A stretch of DNA of 64,000 nucleotides. Source: Candidatus Microgenomates bacterium. Lineage in GTDB: Bacteria > Patescibacteriota > Microgenomatia > UBA8517. The notes under the pieces were generated by a model that worked only from the letters and a program-made list of their open reading frames with translations, had not been told where the DNA came from and did no database searches. The stretch is from the NCBI GenBank assembly GCA_049519355.1, contig JBEKQV010000002.1, positions 3,479-67,478 on the forward strand. The letters are read 5' to 3'. A program made the position numbers and the translations under genes. The number at the start of each line of letters is the position of its first letter. Position 1 is the first letter of the stretch. Positions 30,231 through 41,235 of the stretch are shown piece after piece.

Positions 30231-32182
30231 TTTTTGAGAGCCCCTCCAAATTTTTGTTTAATTTCACCAAGCAGCAACTTTCTTATTATCTCAACGTCTT
30301 CATCCGTTAAGGTTTTTTCCGGATTGTGATACCAAACTCTAAAGGTATAAGAATTTTCGTAAACTCCGGTTAGAGTTACATTAAGAATATTTTTTACCGA
30401 TTTGATGGATTCAACCACTTCCCCCAACTTGGTTCTTTCCGGAAGAATTAAAGTAATGTCTTCAATTTGGGCCGGGTATTTTGAAATTTGTTTATATGCA
30501 ATTACTTTGGGCGAAATCTCGGCCAATTTGTTTATATTAAATTCATAATATACAAAATCTGTACCTTCCGGAATCCCGATTTTTCCTATCACTTCACTTC
30601 CTGATTTAATAAGGGCGCATTTACTTGCAGCAAAACCTTTCTCGTCCAGCGGTTCAAAAGCAACTTGAATATGCAGCTTATCGGTAAGCGCCTCTATTAC
30701 GCCTTTTGCTTCTCTATAAGGGTACCCCGAAAAAACACCGGCCAAGGTTAAAATCTCGTTAGGTAAATCATTGATCTTGCGCAAATAGATATTTGCCATT
30801 TCGAAAAGATGAAACCTTTCTTTGGCACCTGAGTTTTGGGAGACCGAGGTAATAATCGAAGGCATTAGAGAGGTCCGTAAATATTCGCTTTCGGTTCCGA
30901 GCGGGTTTTTTAGTTTAAGAGCTTTCTCGTCTACATATTCTTCGGGGACCAAAGATAATGTATAGATTTCCGTTCCTCCCCAGCCGGTAAGCAATTGTTT
31001 TAAATTAAGTTCAAAGTCAAACTCGGGATTAATGGGTCGAACCGGAACCGGTCCTTCCATAATTTTGCTTGGCAGATTATGGTATCCGTAGATTCTTGCA
31101 ATTTCCTCAAGTATATCTTCACCTGATTCAACGTCTTTTGCCCTGAATGACGGCACGTTTACACTAAGCGTATTTCCACTCCAGTTGCATTCAAACTCTA
31201 AACTTCTTAAATAAGCCGTAATATCTTTTTTGGAGACTGCAACTCCAAGCCTTTCTTCAATAAAACCTAAATCTATTTTTACTGTTTTTGTTTTATAGGG
31301 ATTGGGATAAATATCAATAATATTTTTTTCCGGAATTCCGCCTGTCAATTTTTTGAATAAATCTATCGCCGCCAGCATTGCAGGACCAACAAGCTCGGTA
31401 TCCGTTCCTTTTTCGAAGATAGTTGCAGCTGCTGTTCTTTGAGCCAGAGCCATTGAAGTTTTCCTTATTGTCACTGGATTATATGTTTGAACAAATAGAA
31501 GAACATTTTTTGTATTGTTATCGATTGCACTCAAGTTTCCTCCCATTATTCCCGCCAAATCGATAATCCTTCCGTCGCCGTCTTCAATTACAATATCTTC
31601 TCCGGGAAGAATAAATTCCTTTCCGTCCAATGTTTTTACCGTTTCTCCTTTTTTACTTTCTCTAAGAATCATTTTTGCACCTTTGATTTTGTCGTAATCA
31701 AAAGTGTGTACCGGTTGTCCCAACGCCAACATTATGTAGTTGCTGATATCGATTACATTATTAATGCCTCTAAGTCCCGACGATTCCAGCTTTAGCTGTA
31801 TTGGGTAAGGTGAATCGGAAATTTTTACGTTTTTGATAAGTACTGCCGTAAATCTTTGACATAGTTTTGTGTCTACAATTGGTTTTATATAATTTACATT
31901 TTTTACGAAATTAAATTCGGCGGATGCGGATTTAATGGGCTTTAGTTTTGCTTTTATTCCGAATCTGGGTAAGATCACTGACGCCTCGCGGGCAATTCCG
32001 TAAACCGATGCAGAATCAACCCTATTGGTTGTAACCTCGATATCGTAAACAAAGTCTTTGTCGAACTTTTCAATTCTTTCAACGGAAGGACCGCAAAGCG
32101 ACAGGTATTTGGCCAGCGCTTGGGGTTTGGCCGATGTAGTTAGATATTCTCTTAGCCAGGAATTGGGAATTTTTATATCCAT
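30227..32182 (-). CDS. pheT: Phenylalanine--tRNA ligase beta subunit (short form)
   Basis: TNRVD, DILEEIARIYGY, LRTSL. Confidence 0.93.
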   Translation of the reverse strand: MDIKIPNSWLREYLTTSAKPQALAKYLSLCGPSVERIEKFDKDFVYDIEVTTNRVDSASVYGIAREASVILPRFGIKAKLKPIKSASAEFNFVKNVNYIKPIVDTKLCQRFTAVLIKNVKISDSPYPIQLKLESSGLRGINNVIDISNYIMLALGQPVHTFDYDKIKGAKMILRESKKGETVKTLDGKEFILPGEDIVIEDGDGRIIDLAGIMGGNLSAIDNNTKNVLLFVQTYNPVTIRKTSMALAQRTAAATIFEKGTDTELVGPAMLAAIDLFKKLTGGIPEKNIIDIYPNPYKTKTVKIDLGFIEERLGVAVSKKDITAYLRSLEFECNWSGNTLSVNVPSFRAKDVESGEDILEEIARIYGYHNLPSKIMEGPVPVRPINPEFDFELNLKQLLTGWGGTEIYTLSLVPEEYVDEKALKLKNPLGTESEYLRTSLMPSIITSVSQNSGAKERFHLFEMANIYLRKINDLPNEILTLAGVFSGYPYREAKGVIEALTDKLHIQVAFEPLDEKGFAASKCALIKSGSEVIGKIGIPEGTDFVYYEFNINKLAEISPKVIAYKQISKYPAQIEDITLILPERTKLGEVVESIKSVKNILNVTLTGVYENSYTFRVWYHNPEKTLTDEDVEIIRKLLLGEIKQKFGGALKN

Positions 32183-32192
32183 AATTTAATAA

Positions 32193-33218
32193 TTAAAACT
32201 GTGTTAAAAATCTCAGGTCGGTACTATATATCATTCTCAGATCCGGAATATTTATTCCATCTTTCATCATTAAGACACGTTCAACGCCCCAGCCGAAAGC
32301 AAAACCAGAATATTTTTTAGAATCGATATTACCCGCTTTTAATACATTCGGGTGAACCATCCCTGCTCCTCCGAGCTCCAGCCAACCTCCTTTGCAAACC
32401 TTACATCCCTTACCTCCACAAACTCCGCAGCTGACGTCAATTTCGAATGATGGTTCAGTAAATTGAAAATGATAAGGTCTAAGTCTTGTCTTTCTTTCCG
32501 CGCCGAAGAATGATTTGGCAAAATAATCTAAAGTTCCTTTTAAATTGACGATAGAAATTCCTTTATCAATTACCAGGCCTTCAAACTGATGAAACATTGG
32601 GATGTGCGAGATGTCCAATTGCCTTCTATAACATTTGGCGATATTAATCATACGGATTGGCGGGGTTTTAACTTTGAGCATCTCTCTGACCTGTCCGTTA
32701 CTGGTATGCGGGGTCAGTACCATTTTTCCGAATCTTGAGTTTTCGGGTGCATCCACAAAGAAAGTTTCCCATTCGTCCCGGGCAGGATGTCCTTTGGGCA
32801 TATTTAAGGCTTCAAAGGCAAACCAGTCCCATTCGACTTCCGGATATCTGGCTCTTTCGAATCCGATTCTGCCGAAAATACGTGAAATTTCTTCAATGGT
32901 TTGTGTAACCAAATGAACATGTCCGATGGCCGGCTTAATCCCGGGAACCGTCGGGTCAAACCATTCCCTTACGGATTCTTTGAAACTGTTTTTCTGGTTG
33001 CTTATAAGTTCTTCAATTGATTTTTTAACTTCGTTAATAGTTAAGCCGATTTGTTTCCTTTGATCCTCTGGAGCCTCCTTAATTTTTTTAATTAAATTTG
33101 TCAGCTTTCCGCTTCTCCCAAAATAATCAATCCGGATTTGTTCAAGTTCCGCGGCGTCCTTTGACGACATAATCTGAGCCATTGCCTGATTTTTAATGCT
33201 AAGTATCTCCTCCTGCAT
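32193..33218 (-). CDS. pheS: Phenylalanine--tRNA ligase alpha subunit
   Basis: HPAR, FHQFEG, FQFTEPS, GFAFGWGVER. Confidence 0.97.
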   Translation of the reverse strand: MQEEILSIKNQAMAQIMSSKDAAELEQIRIDYFGRSGKLTNLIKKIKEAPEDQRKQIGLTINEVKKSIEELISNQKNSFKESVREWFDPTVPGIKPAIGHVHLVTQTIEEISRIFGRIGFERARYPEVEWDWFAFEALNMPKGHPARDEWETFFVDAPENSRFGKMVLTPHTSNGQVREMLKVKTPPIRMINIAKCYRRQLDISHIPMFHQFEGLVIDKGISIVNLKGTLDYFAKSFFGAERKTRLRPYHFQFTEPSFEIDVSCGVCGGKGCKVCKGGWLELGGAGMVHPNVLKAGNIDSKKYSGFAFGWGVERVLMMKDGINIPDLRMIYSTDLRFLTQF

Positions 33219-33236
33219 ATATTTCTATTTTAAACT

Positions 33237-33265
33237 AAAAAAACCTCCTTTTCTTGGAGGTTTTT
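33237..33265 (-). terminator. Intrinsic terminator after rplT
   Basis: AAAAACCTCC/GGAGGTTTTT hairpin with U-tract. Confidence 0.7.
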
Positions 33266-33288
33266 ATCAAACGGCAATTTCCTCCAAG

Positions 33289-33645
33289 TTATTCTTTGGG
33301 GGTAAAGTTAAATCCGGCTTCTTTGACGATTTTCTTGAAAGTTTCGGGGTCGGAAACGGCAATTTCGCTTAAAATCTTTCTGTCGATTTCGATTTTTGAC
33401 TTTTTAAGCCCGGCTATAAATTTGCTGTAAGAAATTCCACCGGCCGCAACGCTTGCATTGATTCTTGAAATCCAAAGGGTTCTTAAATCTCTTTTCTTAA
33501 GTTTTCTTCCATGGTAGGCATAAGCTCCCGCGTGAAGTAAAGCTTCCTTGGCAACCTGGATCCTTGAGTGTCTTGCTTGTTTATAGCCCTTTGCTCTTGC
33601 AAGCATTACTCTGTGACGTCTGGCTGAAACCGATTTAACTCTCAT
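33289..33645 (-). CDS. rplT: 50S ribosomal protein L20
   Basis: [15 protein letters not shown]. Confidence 0.97.
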   Translation of the reverse strand: MRVKSVSARRHRVMLARAKGYKQARHSRIQVAKEALLHAGAYAYHGRKLKKRDLRTLWISRINASVAAGGISYSKFIAGLKKSKIEIDRKILSEIAVSDPETFKKIVKEAGFNFTPKE

Positions 33646-33872
33646 TTTTTAATTTCTTTGGCCTTTGCCCTAGTCCTTGAACCTGTAGCTTTTCTGATCT
33701 TCTTTGCATAATAACCGGTTAGCTCTTTAATCCTTTTAAGATTCCTGAGCCTTTTGCTGGTTTTACCGGCCTTAAGATGGCGCCTGAAACTTTGCCGGCG
33801 CATGATTTTACCGTTTTTGGTAATCTTAAGCCTTTTTGTTATCGACTTTCTCGATTTCATTGTTTTTGACAT
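33642..33872 (-). CDS. rpmI: 50S ribosomal protein L35
   Basis: [10 protein letters not shown]; between infC and rplT. Confidence 0.9.
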   Translation of the reverse strand: MSKTMKSRKSITKRLKITKNGKIMRRQSFRRHLKAGKTSKRLRNLKRIKELTGYYAKKIRKATGSRTRAKAKEIKK

Positions 33873-34416
33873 CTGGTTTTTTAATTTTTACCAACTTCTT
33901 ACTGACTGGTGAAAGAACCGTCATAAGGTACTTTCCCAAGAATTTTGGTTCCATGTCCGTTATGACAGCGTCCCCGAATTCCGCCTTGATTTTATTTATA
34001 ACCTCGTAACCTTTATGCTTTACCCTCATCTGTGGTCCTTTGAAAACTACGACCACTCGTACCTTATTTTTATCGTTAAAGAATTCCTTAATTCTTTCGA
34101 TTCTGATCTTAAAATCGTTTTCGGCTATAAAAGGACTGAACCTTATTTCTTTAACTTCTCCACCCTTGACCTTTTTGGCCTGGGCCCTGGCTTTTTTCTC
34201 TTCGGCGTATCTAAATTTGCCGAAATCAACTATTTTGGCAACCGGCGGAACCGCGTTTGGCGCGATTTCGACTAAAGTTAACCCAACCTCCTTTGCTTTC
34301 TTTATGGCTTCACTTGAGGGTAAAACTCCGACAAGTTTTCCTGTAGAATCAATTACCCTAAGGGAGGGAGCCCGTATTTGATAGTCTGTCCGCCAAAAAA
34401 GTTTAGTCTTTGCCAA
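33826..34416 (-). CDS. infC: Translation initiation factor IF-3
   Basis: LVEIAP..PPVAKIVDFGKFRY; TTG start. Confidence 0.95.
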   Translation of the reverse strand: MAKTKLFWRTDYQIRAPSLRVIDSTGKLVGVLPSSEAIKKAKEVGLTLVEIAPNAVPPVAKIVDFGKFRYAEEKKARAQAKKVKGGEVKEIRFSPFIAENDFKIRIERIKEFFNDKNKVRVVVVFKGPQMRVKHKGYEVINKIKAEFGDAVITDMEPKFLGKYLMTVLSPVSKKLVKIKKPDVKNNEIEKVDNKKA

Positions 34417-34466
34417 CTTTGTTACGATGAATTGTACCTAAAATATGAGTAATTTTCAAGGATTAA

Positions 34467-36215
34467 TTAATTGATGGTTTTTTCGTCTATTTCCGTCCTT
34501 ATGTCTTTGATAAATTCTTCAAGAGGTTTTGCCCCGTAATCTTTACCGGATCTGCCCCGTTCCGCTACTGTTCCGCCTTTTTCCTCCCTCTCGCCGATTA
34601 TGAGCATGTACGCAACCTTTTCCATCTGAGCCTGGCGGATTTTTGCCTGCAAGGTTTCGTTCCGGTCATCTAGTTCTACCCTAATATTGCTGTTTTTGAG
34701 AGCCGTTTCAACGTTTTTGGCGTAAGCGAGCTGCTTATCAGTAATTGGCAGGATTTTAACCTGAATCGGGGTAAGCCATGTCGGGAAGTTTCCTTTATAT
34801 TTTTCTATAATGAACGCCATTGTGCGCTCAACTGCTCCGATCGAAGCGCGGTGAATTACGATAGGTTCTACCTCCTGGCCTTTTTCGTCGATATATTTAA
34901 GTTCGAATCTCTTTGGCATTACAAAATCATACTGGACCGTAAACGCAGTTTCTTCCTGTCCGTTGACCTTTTTAATTTGAACGTCAATCTTCGGTCCGTA
35001 AAAGGCGGCCTCGCCCGGTGCCTCAAAATACGGTGCGTCTATTTCTTTGAGAACACTTCGTAGGACCTCTTCGGCATAGTCCCAGGCTTTGTCGTCTTTG
35101 TAATATTTCTTTTCATCACTTCTATTCCCCAGCGATAACCTGAAACGATAGTCTTTGCCGACTTCAAAACCGAATTTGCCGTTGAGGTAATTAATTAAAT
35201 CAATTACATCTTTAATAATTTCCTTTGCTTGCTCCTTGCGGGCAAAAATGTGTGAGTCGGAAAGCATAAAAGTTCTGACTCTCATGAGTCCCGAAAGTTC
35301 CCCGCTTTTCTCATACCTGAATTGGGGCGAAATCTCGGCCAATTTCAGAGGAAGTTCTTTATAACTTCTGGGAACGCTTTTATAAAGCATAAAGTGATGC
35401 GGGCAAGTCATGGGGCGGAGGATCAGTTCGTCTTCATCGACTTTCATGACCGGGTACATAGTATCTTTGTAATAAGGATAGTGTCCGGAGGTTTTATAGA
35501 GTTCCGTTTTGGCAAGGGGCGGGGTATAAACATGTTGGTATCCCCTTTTGAGTTCTTCATCGACTACAAATCTTTCCAGCTCGCGTCTTATTACGGATCC
35601 TTTAGGGGTAAGAAGCGGCAATCCTTTTCCCACAAGATCTGAAAAAACAAAGAGGTTTAATTCTTTTCCGATTTTTCTGTGATCCGATTCTTCCGCCAAA
35701 GCTTGTCTTTCCAAATATTCATCCAATTCTTTTTGTGTGGAGAATATCGTGCCGTAAATCCTGGTCAGCATTTTGTTTTTCTCGGATCCTCTCCAGTAAG
35801 CCCCCGCGATAGATAAAAGTTTGAAGTATTTAAGTTCTTCGGAAGGATTATCAATGTGTCCGCCGCGGCAAAGATCACGGAATTCGCCCGATTGGTAAAC
35901 CGTTAATCTTCCGCCTTCTTTGGAATGTTCTTCTATAAGCTCTTCTTTATATTCATTTCCGTTAAATTCTTTGAGTGCTTCATCTTTTGTGACCTCATGC
36001 TTTTCAAAACCCTTCCAGGACTTAACTAACTCGTGCATTTTCTCTTCGATTTTGGGGAGATCCTCATCGGATATTTTAACCTCACCGAAATCGATATCAT
36101 AATAAAATCCGTCGCTAGTGGCGGGTCCCAGGGTAAGTTTAGCCTTTGGCCACAAATTCATTACGGCTGCTGCCAAAAGATGTGAACACGAATGCCTTAG
36201 ATACTCTAAATTCAT
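34467..36215 (-). CDS. thrS: Threonine--tRNA ligase (no N-terminal TGS domain)
   Basis: RHSCSH, DLCRGGH, RPMTCP, FYGPKID. Confidence 0.97.
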   Translation of the reverse strand: MNLEYLRHSCSHLLAAAVMNLWPKAKLTLGPATSDGFYYDIDFGEVKISDEDLPKIEEKMHELVKSWKGFEKHEVTKDEALKEFNGNEYKEELIEEHSKEGGRLTVYQSGEFRDLCRGGHIDNPSEELKYFKLLSIAGAYWRGSEKNKMLTRIYGTIFSTQKELDEYLERQALAEESDHRKIGKELNLFVFSDLVGKGLPLLTPKGSVIRRELERFVVDEELKRGYQHVYTPPLAKTELYKTSGHYPYYKDTMYPVMKVDEDELILRPMTCPHHFMLYKSVPRSYKELPLKLAEISPQFRYEKSGELSGLMRVRTFMLSDSHIFARKEQAKEIIKDVIDLINYLNGKFGFEVGKDYRFRLSLGNRSDEKKYYKDDKAWDYAEEVLRSVLKEIDAPYFEAPGEAAFYGPKIDVQIKKVNGQEETAFTVQYDFVMPKRFELKYIDEKGQEVEPIVIHRASIGAVERTMAFIIEKYKGNFPTWLTPIQVKILPITDKQLAYAKNVETALKNSNIRVELDDRNETLQAKIRQAQMEKVAYMLIIGEREEKGGTVAERGRSGKDYGAKPLEEFIKDIRTEIDEKTIN

Positions 36216-36269
36216 GACTTTATATTACTACGAGGAACGGAAATTATGAAGAAGAAGTCAAATAAAAGG

Positions 36270-36703
36270 GTATGAAGCTATCGAGAGAGAAGGGTAAAAA
36301 AGTTGGGGTTTTAATCCAATTTTTTTTGTTAGGTTTCCCTAACTCTCTCGATAGTAAATTTTCGTGCCTACCCGGACGGGGTTTTTGTTAAGGTGTCCGT
36401 CCGGGCAGGCTTCAGTGAGGGAGGAGAGAATGAAAAAAGATGAGTTACGGGAGGGTAATACGCCCAGGGGTAAATGGTTGCTTACACAACCGCGCGCCTC
36501 GAGGCAATAACCCTGTTTGTTAGGCTTCTCCCGTTCCTCCTCTCCTCCAGTGAAAGGAAATGGCCGACCATGGTATCTGGTCGACACGCCTCCGCACGGC
36601 TGCAAGCTGCCGGTTAATAAGTAATCGGCAATTTGCAGCCTGTGAGAAAGACCATTTCTTTCCTTCCTTTAATGTGCAAAGTCTGACGCAAATGTCAGAA
36701 TTA
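36270..36703 (-). ncRNA. Unknown ~430-nt multi-hairpin structured RNA containing a 13-codon ORF (36614-36655)
   Basis: Five consecutive stem domains; own consensus promoter; no long ORF with an RBS. Confidence 0.55.
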
Positions 36704-36709
36704 GGAAAT

Positions 36710-36738
36710 ACTATACCATATCAGAAACCATTTGTCAA
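36710..36738 (-). promoter_or_regulatory. sigma70 promoter with extended -10
   Basis: TTGACA-17bp-TATAGT preceded by TGG. Confidence 0.8.
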
Positions 36739-36741
36739 CTA

Positions 36742-36957
36742 TTATGGGGTAGTATGATACTGGCATGAAAGTTCCTCGCATATAGCCGAAGAAGGCATTC
36801 CTAATGAAGAACCTATATTAAACATAACAGTTCTGCCTGCAATTGGACAGAATCCCTTAAGTACGCCCTTTTCCATCGAAGCACTGATCTTTTCATCCAT
36901 CTGATCAATTGCTACAGTATTGTTCATTGTGCATCCGTCAGCTTTAAGTTCTACCAT
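36742..36957 (-). CDS. Small Cys-containing hypothetical protein
   Basis: Starts 1 nt after typA stop; four Cys plus His. Confidence 0.55.
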   Translation of the reverse strand: MVELKADGCTMNNTVAIDQMDEKISASMEKGVLKGFCPIAGRTVMFNIGSSLGMPSSAICEELSCQYHTTP

Positions 36958-36958
36958 A

Positions 36959-38770
36959 TTAATGTTTAGCTAATTTTGCAGCTTTTCTGGCCTCAACCTC
37001 ATCGAGAATTATTTTTCTAATCCTAATGGATTTAGGCGTAACTTCGACCAATTCTGTATCATCAATATATTCCAGAGATTCATCAAGATCCATGATTCTT
37101 GGAGTATTAAAATGCTCCATTGTTCCTTCACCTTTACTTCTCATGTTGCTTAAGTGTTTTTCCTTGCAGACGTTAATTCTAAGATCGCCGGATCTACTGT
37201 GCTGTCCAACAACCTGGCCTTTATAGACTTTGACTGCGGGTCCTATGAAAAGTTCACCCTGATCCTGAACTTGTGTCATTCCGTAAAGCATTGTTTCGCC
37301 TGTTTCGTAGGCAACCAGGCTTCCCCTCTCACGTTCGCGGCTAAATCCGTCATCGGGGAGGAATTCAAAGAAAGCCGCGTTCATAAGCCCGAGGCCTTTG
37401 GTGTCCGTAATAAATTCACTTCTGAAGCCGATTAGTTCCTTTGTTGCAACCGTAAACTCAAGAAAGGTTATTGCCTCCACGGTTTCCATGGTATCCATTT
37501 TGGCGTGTCTTTGGCCCATTTTTTGAATAACAACTCCCGAATACGCTTCCGGAACTTCGATATAAACCTTTTCATAAGGAGTCAGGGTCTTTCCGTCAAC
37601 AACATGGTTAATAACATGGGGCCTGCTTACCTGGAATTCGTAACCTTCCCTTCGCATGCGTTCGATTAGAATCGCTAAGTGAAGCTCACCTCTACCTGAT
37701 ACGGTCCAGGTTCCGTCGGAATTGTCCTCAACCCTGAGGGCCACATCCGTTTCCAGCTCTTTATATAATCTTGCTTTTATTTGGCTTGAAGTCTTGAATT
37801 CTCCCTCTTTGCCTCCGAAAGGAGAATTGTTGACCATGAAAATCATTTTGACGGTCGGCTCTTCGATATCAAGAAGAGGTAAAGCAACAGGTGTAATGGG
37901 ATCGGCAATGGTTTCACCTATGTTTACATTCGGAATTCCTGAAACGGCAACGATATCTCCGGCCAGGGCTTCCTGTTCCTCAACCTTCCCGAGTCCCTTG
38001 AATGTATAAAGTGAGGTGATTTTAAACTTGGCAATTTGACCGTCTCTATCTATGTGGGCGATATCCTGGCCGTTTTTGATGGAGCCCGAATGAATTTTTC
38101 CGATGGCGATTCTGCCTTTGTAATTATCGTAGCCGATATTGCTGACAAGCATTTGCAAAGGTTTGCCCAAATGAGCATCGGGTTCGGGAACATATTTAAG
38201 GATTGCATCAAAAATGGGCGTAATATTAGTCATTCCGGTTAAATCCGGCGTCAGTCCGGCTTTGCCGTCGCGGCCCGATGCGTAAACCGTCGGGAAGAGC
38301 GCAGTCTCTTCATTGGCGCCGAGTTCCACAAAAAGGTCAAAAGTTTTGCCTTGGACGTATTCAGGGCGAGAACCTTTTTTATCGATTTTGTTAACAATTA
38401 CGATTATCTTTAATCCCTGCTTAAGTGCCTCCCTTAAAACGAATCTGGTTTGAGGCATCGGTCCTTCTTTGGCATCAACCAGGAGAAGAGCTCCGTCGGC
38501 CATGGAGAGGACACGTTCGACTTCCCCGCCGAAATCGGCATGGCCGGGTGTATCGATGATGTTTATCTTGACTCCTTTATATTCAATTGAGGCGTTTTTG
38601 GAGAAAATTGTAATTCCGCGCTCACGCTCAATTTCGTTGCTGTCCAAAATCGTATTTTGCTCGGCAATCTCTTTTTTCATTACCGTATGAGATTGACGCA
38701 AAAGAGCGTCGACCAGGGTGGTTTTTCCGTGGTCAACGTGAGCAATAATAGCAACGTTTCTAATTTCCAT
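36959..38770 (-). CDS. typA: Translational GTPase TypA/BipA
   Basis: [29 protein letters not shown]. Confidence 0.97.
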   Translation of the reverse strand: MEIRNVAIIAHVDHGKTTLVDALLRQSHTVMKKEIAEQNTILDSNEIERERGITIFSKNASIEYKGVKINIIDTPGHADFGGEVERVLSMADGALLLVDAKEGPMPQTRFVLREALKQGLKIIVIVNKIDKKGSRPEYVQGKTFDLFVELGANEETALFPTVYASGRDGKAGLTPDLTGMTNITPIFDAILKYVPEPDAHLGKPLQMLVSNIGYDNYKGRIAIGKIHSGSIKNGQDIAHIDRDGQIAKFKITSLYTFKGLGKVEEQEALAGDIVAVSGIPNVNIGETIADPITPVALPLLDIEEPTVKMIFMVNNSPFGGKEGEFKTSSQIKARLYKELETDVALRVEDNSDGTWTVSGRGELHLAILIERMRREGYEFQVSRPHVINHVVDGKTLTPYEKVYIEVPEAYSGVVIQKMGQRHAKMDTMETVEAITFLEFTVATKELIGFRSEFITDTKGLGLMNAAFFEFLPDDGFSRERERGSLVAYETGETMLYGMTQVQDQGELFIGPAVKVYKGQVVGQHSRSGDLRINVCKEKHLSNMRSKGEGTMEHFNTPRIMDLDESLEYIDDTELVEVTPKSIRIRKIILDEVEARKAAKLAKH

Positions 38771-38816
38771 TATAGGATATTCTATACCAAATGAAGCTAA
38801 TTAGCAATCCTTTGGG

Positions 38817-38887
38817 TGGACTCGGCGGGAATTGAACCCGCTACTCTTCCATGCCATGGAAGCGTGTTACCGGTATACCACGAGCCC
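38817..38887 (-). tRNA. tRNA-Ala(GGC)
   Basis: Cloverleaf, G3-U70, anticodon GGC. Confidence 0.93.
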
Positions 38888-38946
38888 CTGTCGACTTGAA
38901 TTATACCATCTTCAAAGCGGAACTTTAATTGTGTATACTGATTTTT

Positions 38947-39735
38947 ATGCTTAGCTTTGTCCATGTTCTGATTCTTTCGGCCGTTGAAGGTTTAACCGAA
39001 TTCCTGCCTATTTCCTCAACAGGTCACATGATTCTAGCCGGCAAGCTTCTGGGACTAACAGAAACGGATTTTCTAAAGACTTTTGAAATAGTTATTCAGC
39101 TCGGGGCAATTATGGCTATAGTGGTTCTTTACTTTAAAAAGTTTTGGACGAGTCTCGTCACGGGCGGAGTCCTTATCAAAAAACTGCTTCTGGCGTTTGT
39201 CCCGACCGCAATTGTCGGAATAGTACTTTATCCTTTTATCAAAGGTGTTCTTTTGGGAAGCTCAACCATAACTCTCAACGCTTTATTTTTCGGAGGTATT
39301 GCCATAATCGGAGTTGAATGGTTCCTGAAGCACAAAAAAGCCGGCGCAAAAACCGAAAGTCAGGTAACCTACAAACAGGCCCTTATTATCGGCACTTTTC
39401 AATCCCTTTCGGTTGTTCCGGGAGTTTCCCGGGCGGCGGCGACAATCATTGGCGGGCTTTTGACTGGGTTGGACCGCGAAACCGCAACGGAATTTTCATT
39501 TCTTTTGGCTGTTCCCACCATGATTGCGGCAACGGGACTTGATGTTTGGGAATCGCGCCACGTAATTGCCCAAGGTGGAGGGCTTGTAACGCTTTTGCTA
39601 GGAACCGTTTTGGCATTCTTTTTTGCAATCATCGCCGTTAAATTCCTGATAGGCTACATTAAAAAGCACGACTTTACAGCATTCGGAGTTTACCGCATTG
39701 TTCTTTCCGTTCTTTTTTGGATATTCGTAAAATAA
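38947..39735 (+). CDS. uppP: Undecaprenyl-diphosphatase
   Basis: EGLTEFLPISSTGH, PGVSR. Confidence 0.95.
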   Translation: MLSFVHVLILSAVEGLTEFLPISSTGHMILAGKLLGLTETDFLKTFEIVIQLGAIMAIVVLYFKKFWTSLVTGGVLIKKLLLAFVPTAIVGIVLYPFIKGVLLGSSTITLNALFFGGIAIIGVEWFLKHKKAGAKTESQVTYKQALIIGTFQSLSVVPGVSRAAATIIGGLLTGLDRETATEFSFLLAVPTMIAATGLDVWESRHVIAQGGGLVTLLLGTVLAFFFAIIAVKFLIGYIKKHDFTAFGVYRIVLSVLFWIFVK

Positions 39736-39737
39736 AA

Positions 39738-40205
39738 ATGATCAAAGCGCTTCTTTTTGATTTCTCGCGGACGCTTCTTTTTCCGAAGGATGTCAACTAC
39801 CGTGGAGAACTTAATTCTCTTTACAGAAAATTAATTCAGGATCCGAAGTTTGATTTTCTGTCAAATTACCAACTCAATGAAGAGATGTTGATTTATTTAG
39901 GCAACCTGAAAGTAAAATATAAGCTCTATGTATTTACATCTGGGTCTATTCAAGATGCACCCGAAATAAGGGAAAGGGTTGGCGAAGTCTTTGAAAAAGT
40001 TTTTTCCGGCGAAGAAATGATGATTTCAAAAAAAGAGCCGGAATCATACAAAAAGATTGCGGAGTTAATCGGCCTCCCCGTCTCGGATATTCTTTTCATT
40101 GATGACTCTCCGGTAAATGTTCAAGCCGCAGGTATTGCGGGTTTAAGCGCGGTTCAATACAAAGACAACAAAAGTTTAATGAATTATATTGACAGTTTGG
40201 AGTAA
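39738..40205 (+). CDS. HAD-superfamily hydrolase
   Basis: LLFDFS, KKEP, FIDDS. Confidence 0.85.
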   Translation: MIKALLFDFSRTLLFPKDVNYRGELNSLYRKLIQDPKFDFLSNYQLNEEMLIYLGNLKVKYKLYVFTSGSIQDAPEIRERVGEVFEKVFSGEEMMISKKEPESYKKIAELIGLPVSDILFIDDSPVNVQAAGIAGLSAVQYKDNKSLMNYIDSLE

Positions 40206-40209
40206 TTCC

Positions 40210-41178
40210 TTACAAAGCAGATTTTAGACCGGTTCTTCCCAGCTTAATCCAGTATTCATTTTCTTCCGTATTGTTTCCTTTGAATGTCTTCTCGTAGGTT
40301 GCAGATACCACATGCATCACATGTGCGACCTTTACAAATAGCGGTAGAAGTGTGATTTCCTGTTCGGTCAAAGGAATGTGCTTTTGGTATTCATTTAGAG
40401 CGAGTTTGTAATATTCGATGGACGTCTCAGGTTTGTCTTCATCGAAAAGCATATTGCAAAGTAGTACCGCCAATTCCTGAATTCTCGGATAGTACGAAGA
40501 AACAGAGAAGTCAATAATATACAATTTTCCATTCTCATCCTTTATAACGTTGGTTTTTATAATATCTCCATGGACAAAACAGTGCGGCAATTCTATTATT
40601 TTGACTGTTGAAAACTGTTTGGCGACAGGGTCGATCAATTTAATGTCATTTTTATCCAAATATTCTCTTTTCTTTTTATATTCCTCAAGGAAATGGACGA
40701 TCGCCCAGCTGTCATAAACCGGCCTTGGTTTAATATCGATTTTATTTATCAGGGCTGCCTGTTGAACCAAGAGGCGCATTTCATCGGTAGTTGCCTTTAA
40801 TTTTTTTTCATAGAAACTGAATCCGTCGATATATTCCATTACGCAAAGCGAGATTGGGGCATCGTTAAAAATAGTTGAATATAAATAGCCGTAGGAAGAT
40901 TCGAATAATCTGGGGTGATTTACGCCTGCGGCTAAGACTTTGACCATAATATCAACATATCTTTGACATTCTTCGGAGTCTCTGAAAGTGGCAAATATTT
41001 TTAAAAAATACTTTCCCTTGCTGCTTGTGATAATCAGATTAAAGTCTTCATACCCAACCTCTACCACTTTATGAGAAATATACGAGCCAAGTTGAAAATC
41101 CCGGCAGACCTGAATTAAAAGTGGTTCTATGTTCCCTGCGTAACCAATTCTTTTTTGGAAATTGTCTTCGTTATTCAT
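40210..41178 (-). CDS. APH / homoserine-kinase-II-like phosphotransferase
   Basis: HGDIIKTN, IIDF. Confidence 0.85.
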   Translation of the reverse strand: MNNEDNFQKRIGYAGNIEPLLIQVCRDFQLGSYISHKVVEVGYEDFNLIITSSKGKYFLKIFATFRDSEECQRYVDIMVKVLAAGVNHPRLFESSYGYLYSTIFNDAPISLCVMEYIDGFSFYEKKLKATTDEMRLLVQQAALINKIDIKPRPVYDSWAIVHFLEEYKKKREYLDKNDIKLIDPVAKQFSTVKIIELPHCFVHGDIIKTNVIKDENGKLYIIDFSVSSYYPRIQELAVLLCNMLFDEDKPETSIEYYKLALNEYQKHIPLTEQEITLLPLFVKVAHVMHVVSATYEKTFKGNNTEENEYWIKLGRTGLKSAL

Positions 41179-41235
41179 AAAGTTTGAGATTAGATCATCT
41201 GAATTTTAACACATCGGGGAATTTACGAGGCGGTT

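Noticed and set aside
36339-36605. 88-aa ORF from the track
   Set aside because: TTG start without RBS; runs through the strongest hairpins
36216-36703. T-box riboswitch for thrS
   Set aside because: No GGUGGNACC T-box sequence or stem I motifs found; thrS has its own -10 hexamer 6 nt before ATG
36270-36703. RNase P RNA, tmRNA or SRP RNA
   Set aside because: No GAGGAAAGUCC P4 motif, no tRNA-like ends, no SRP domain IV motif
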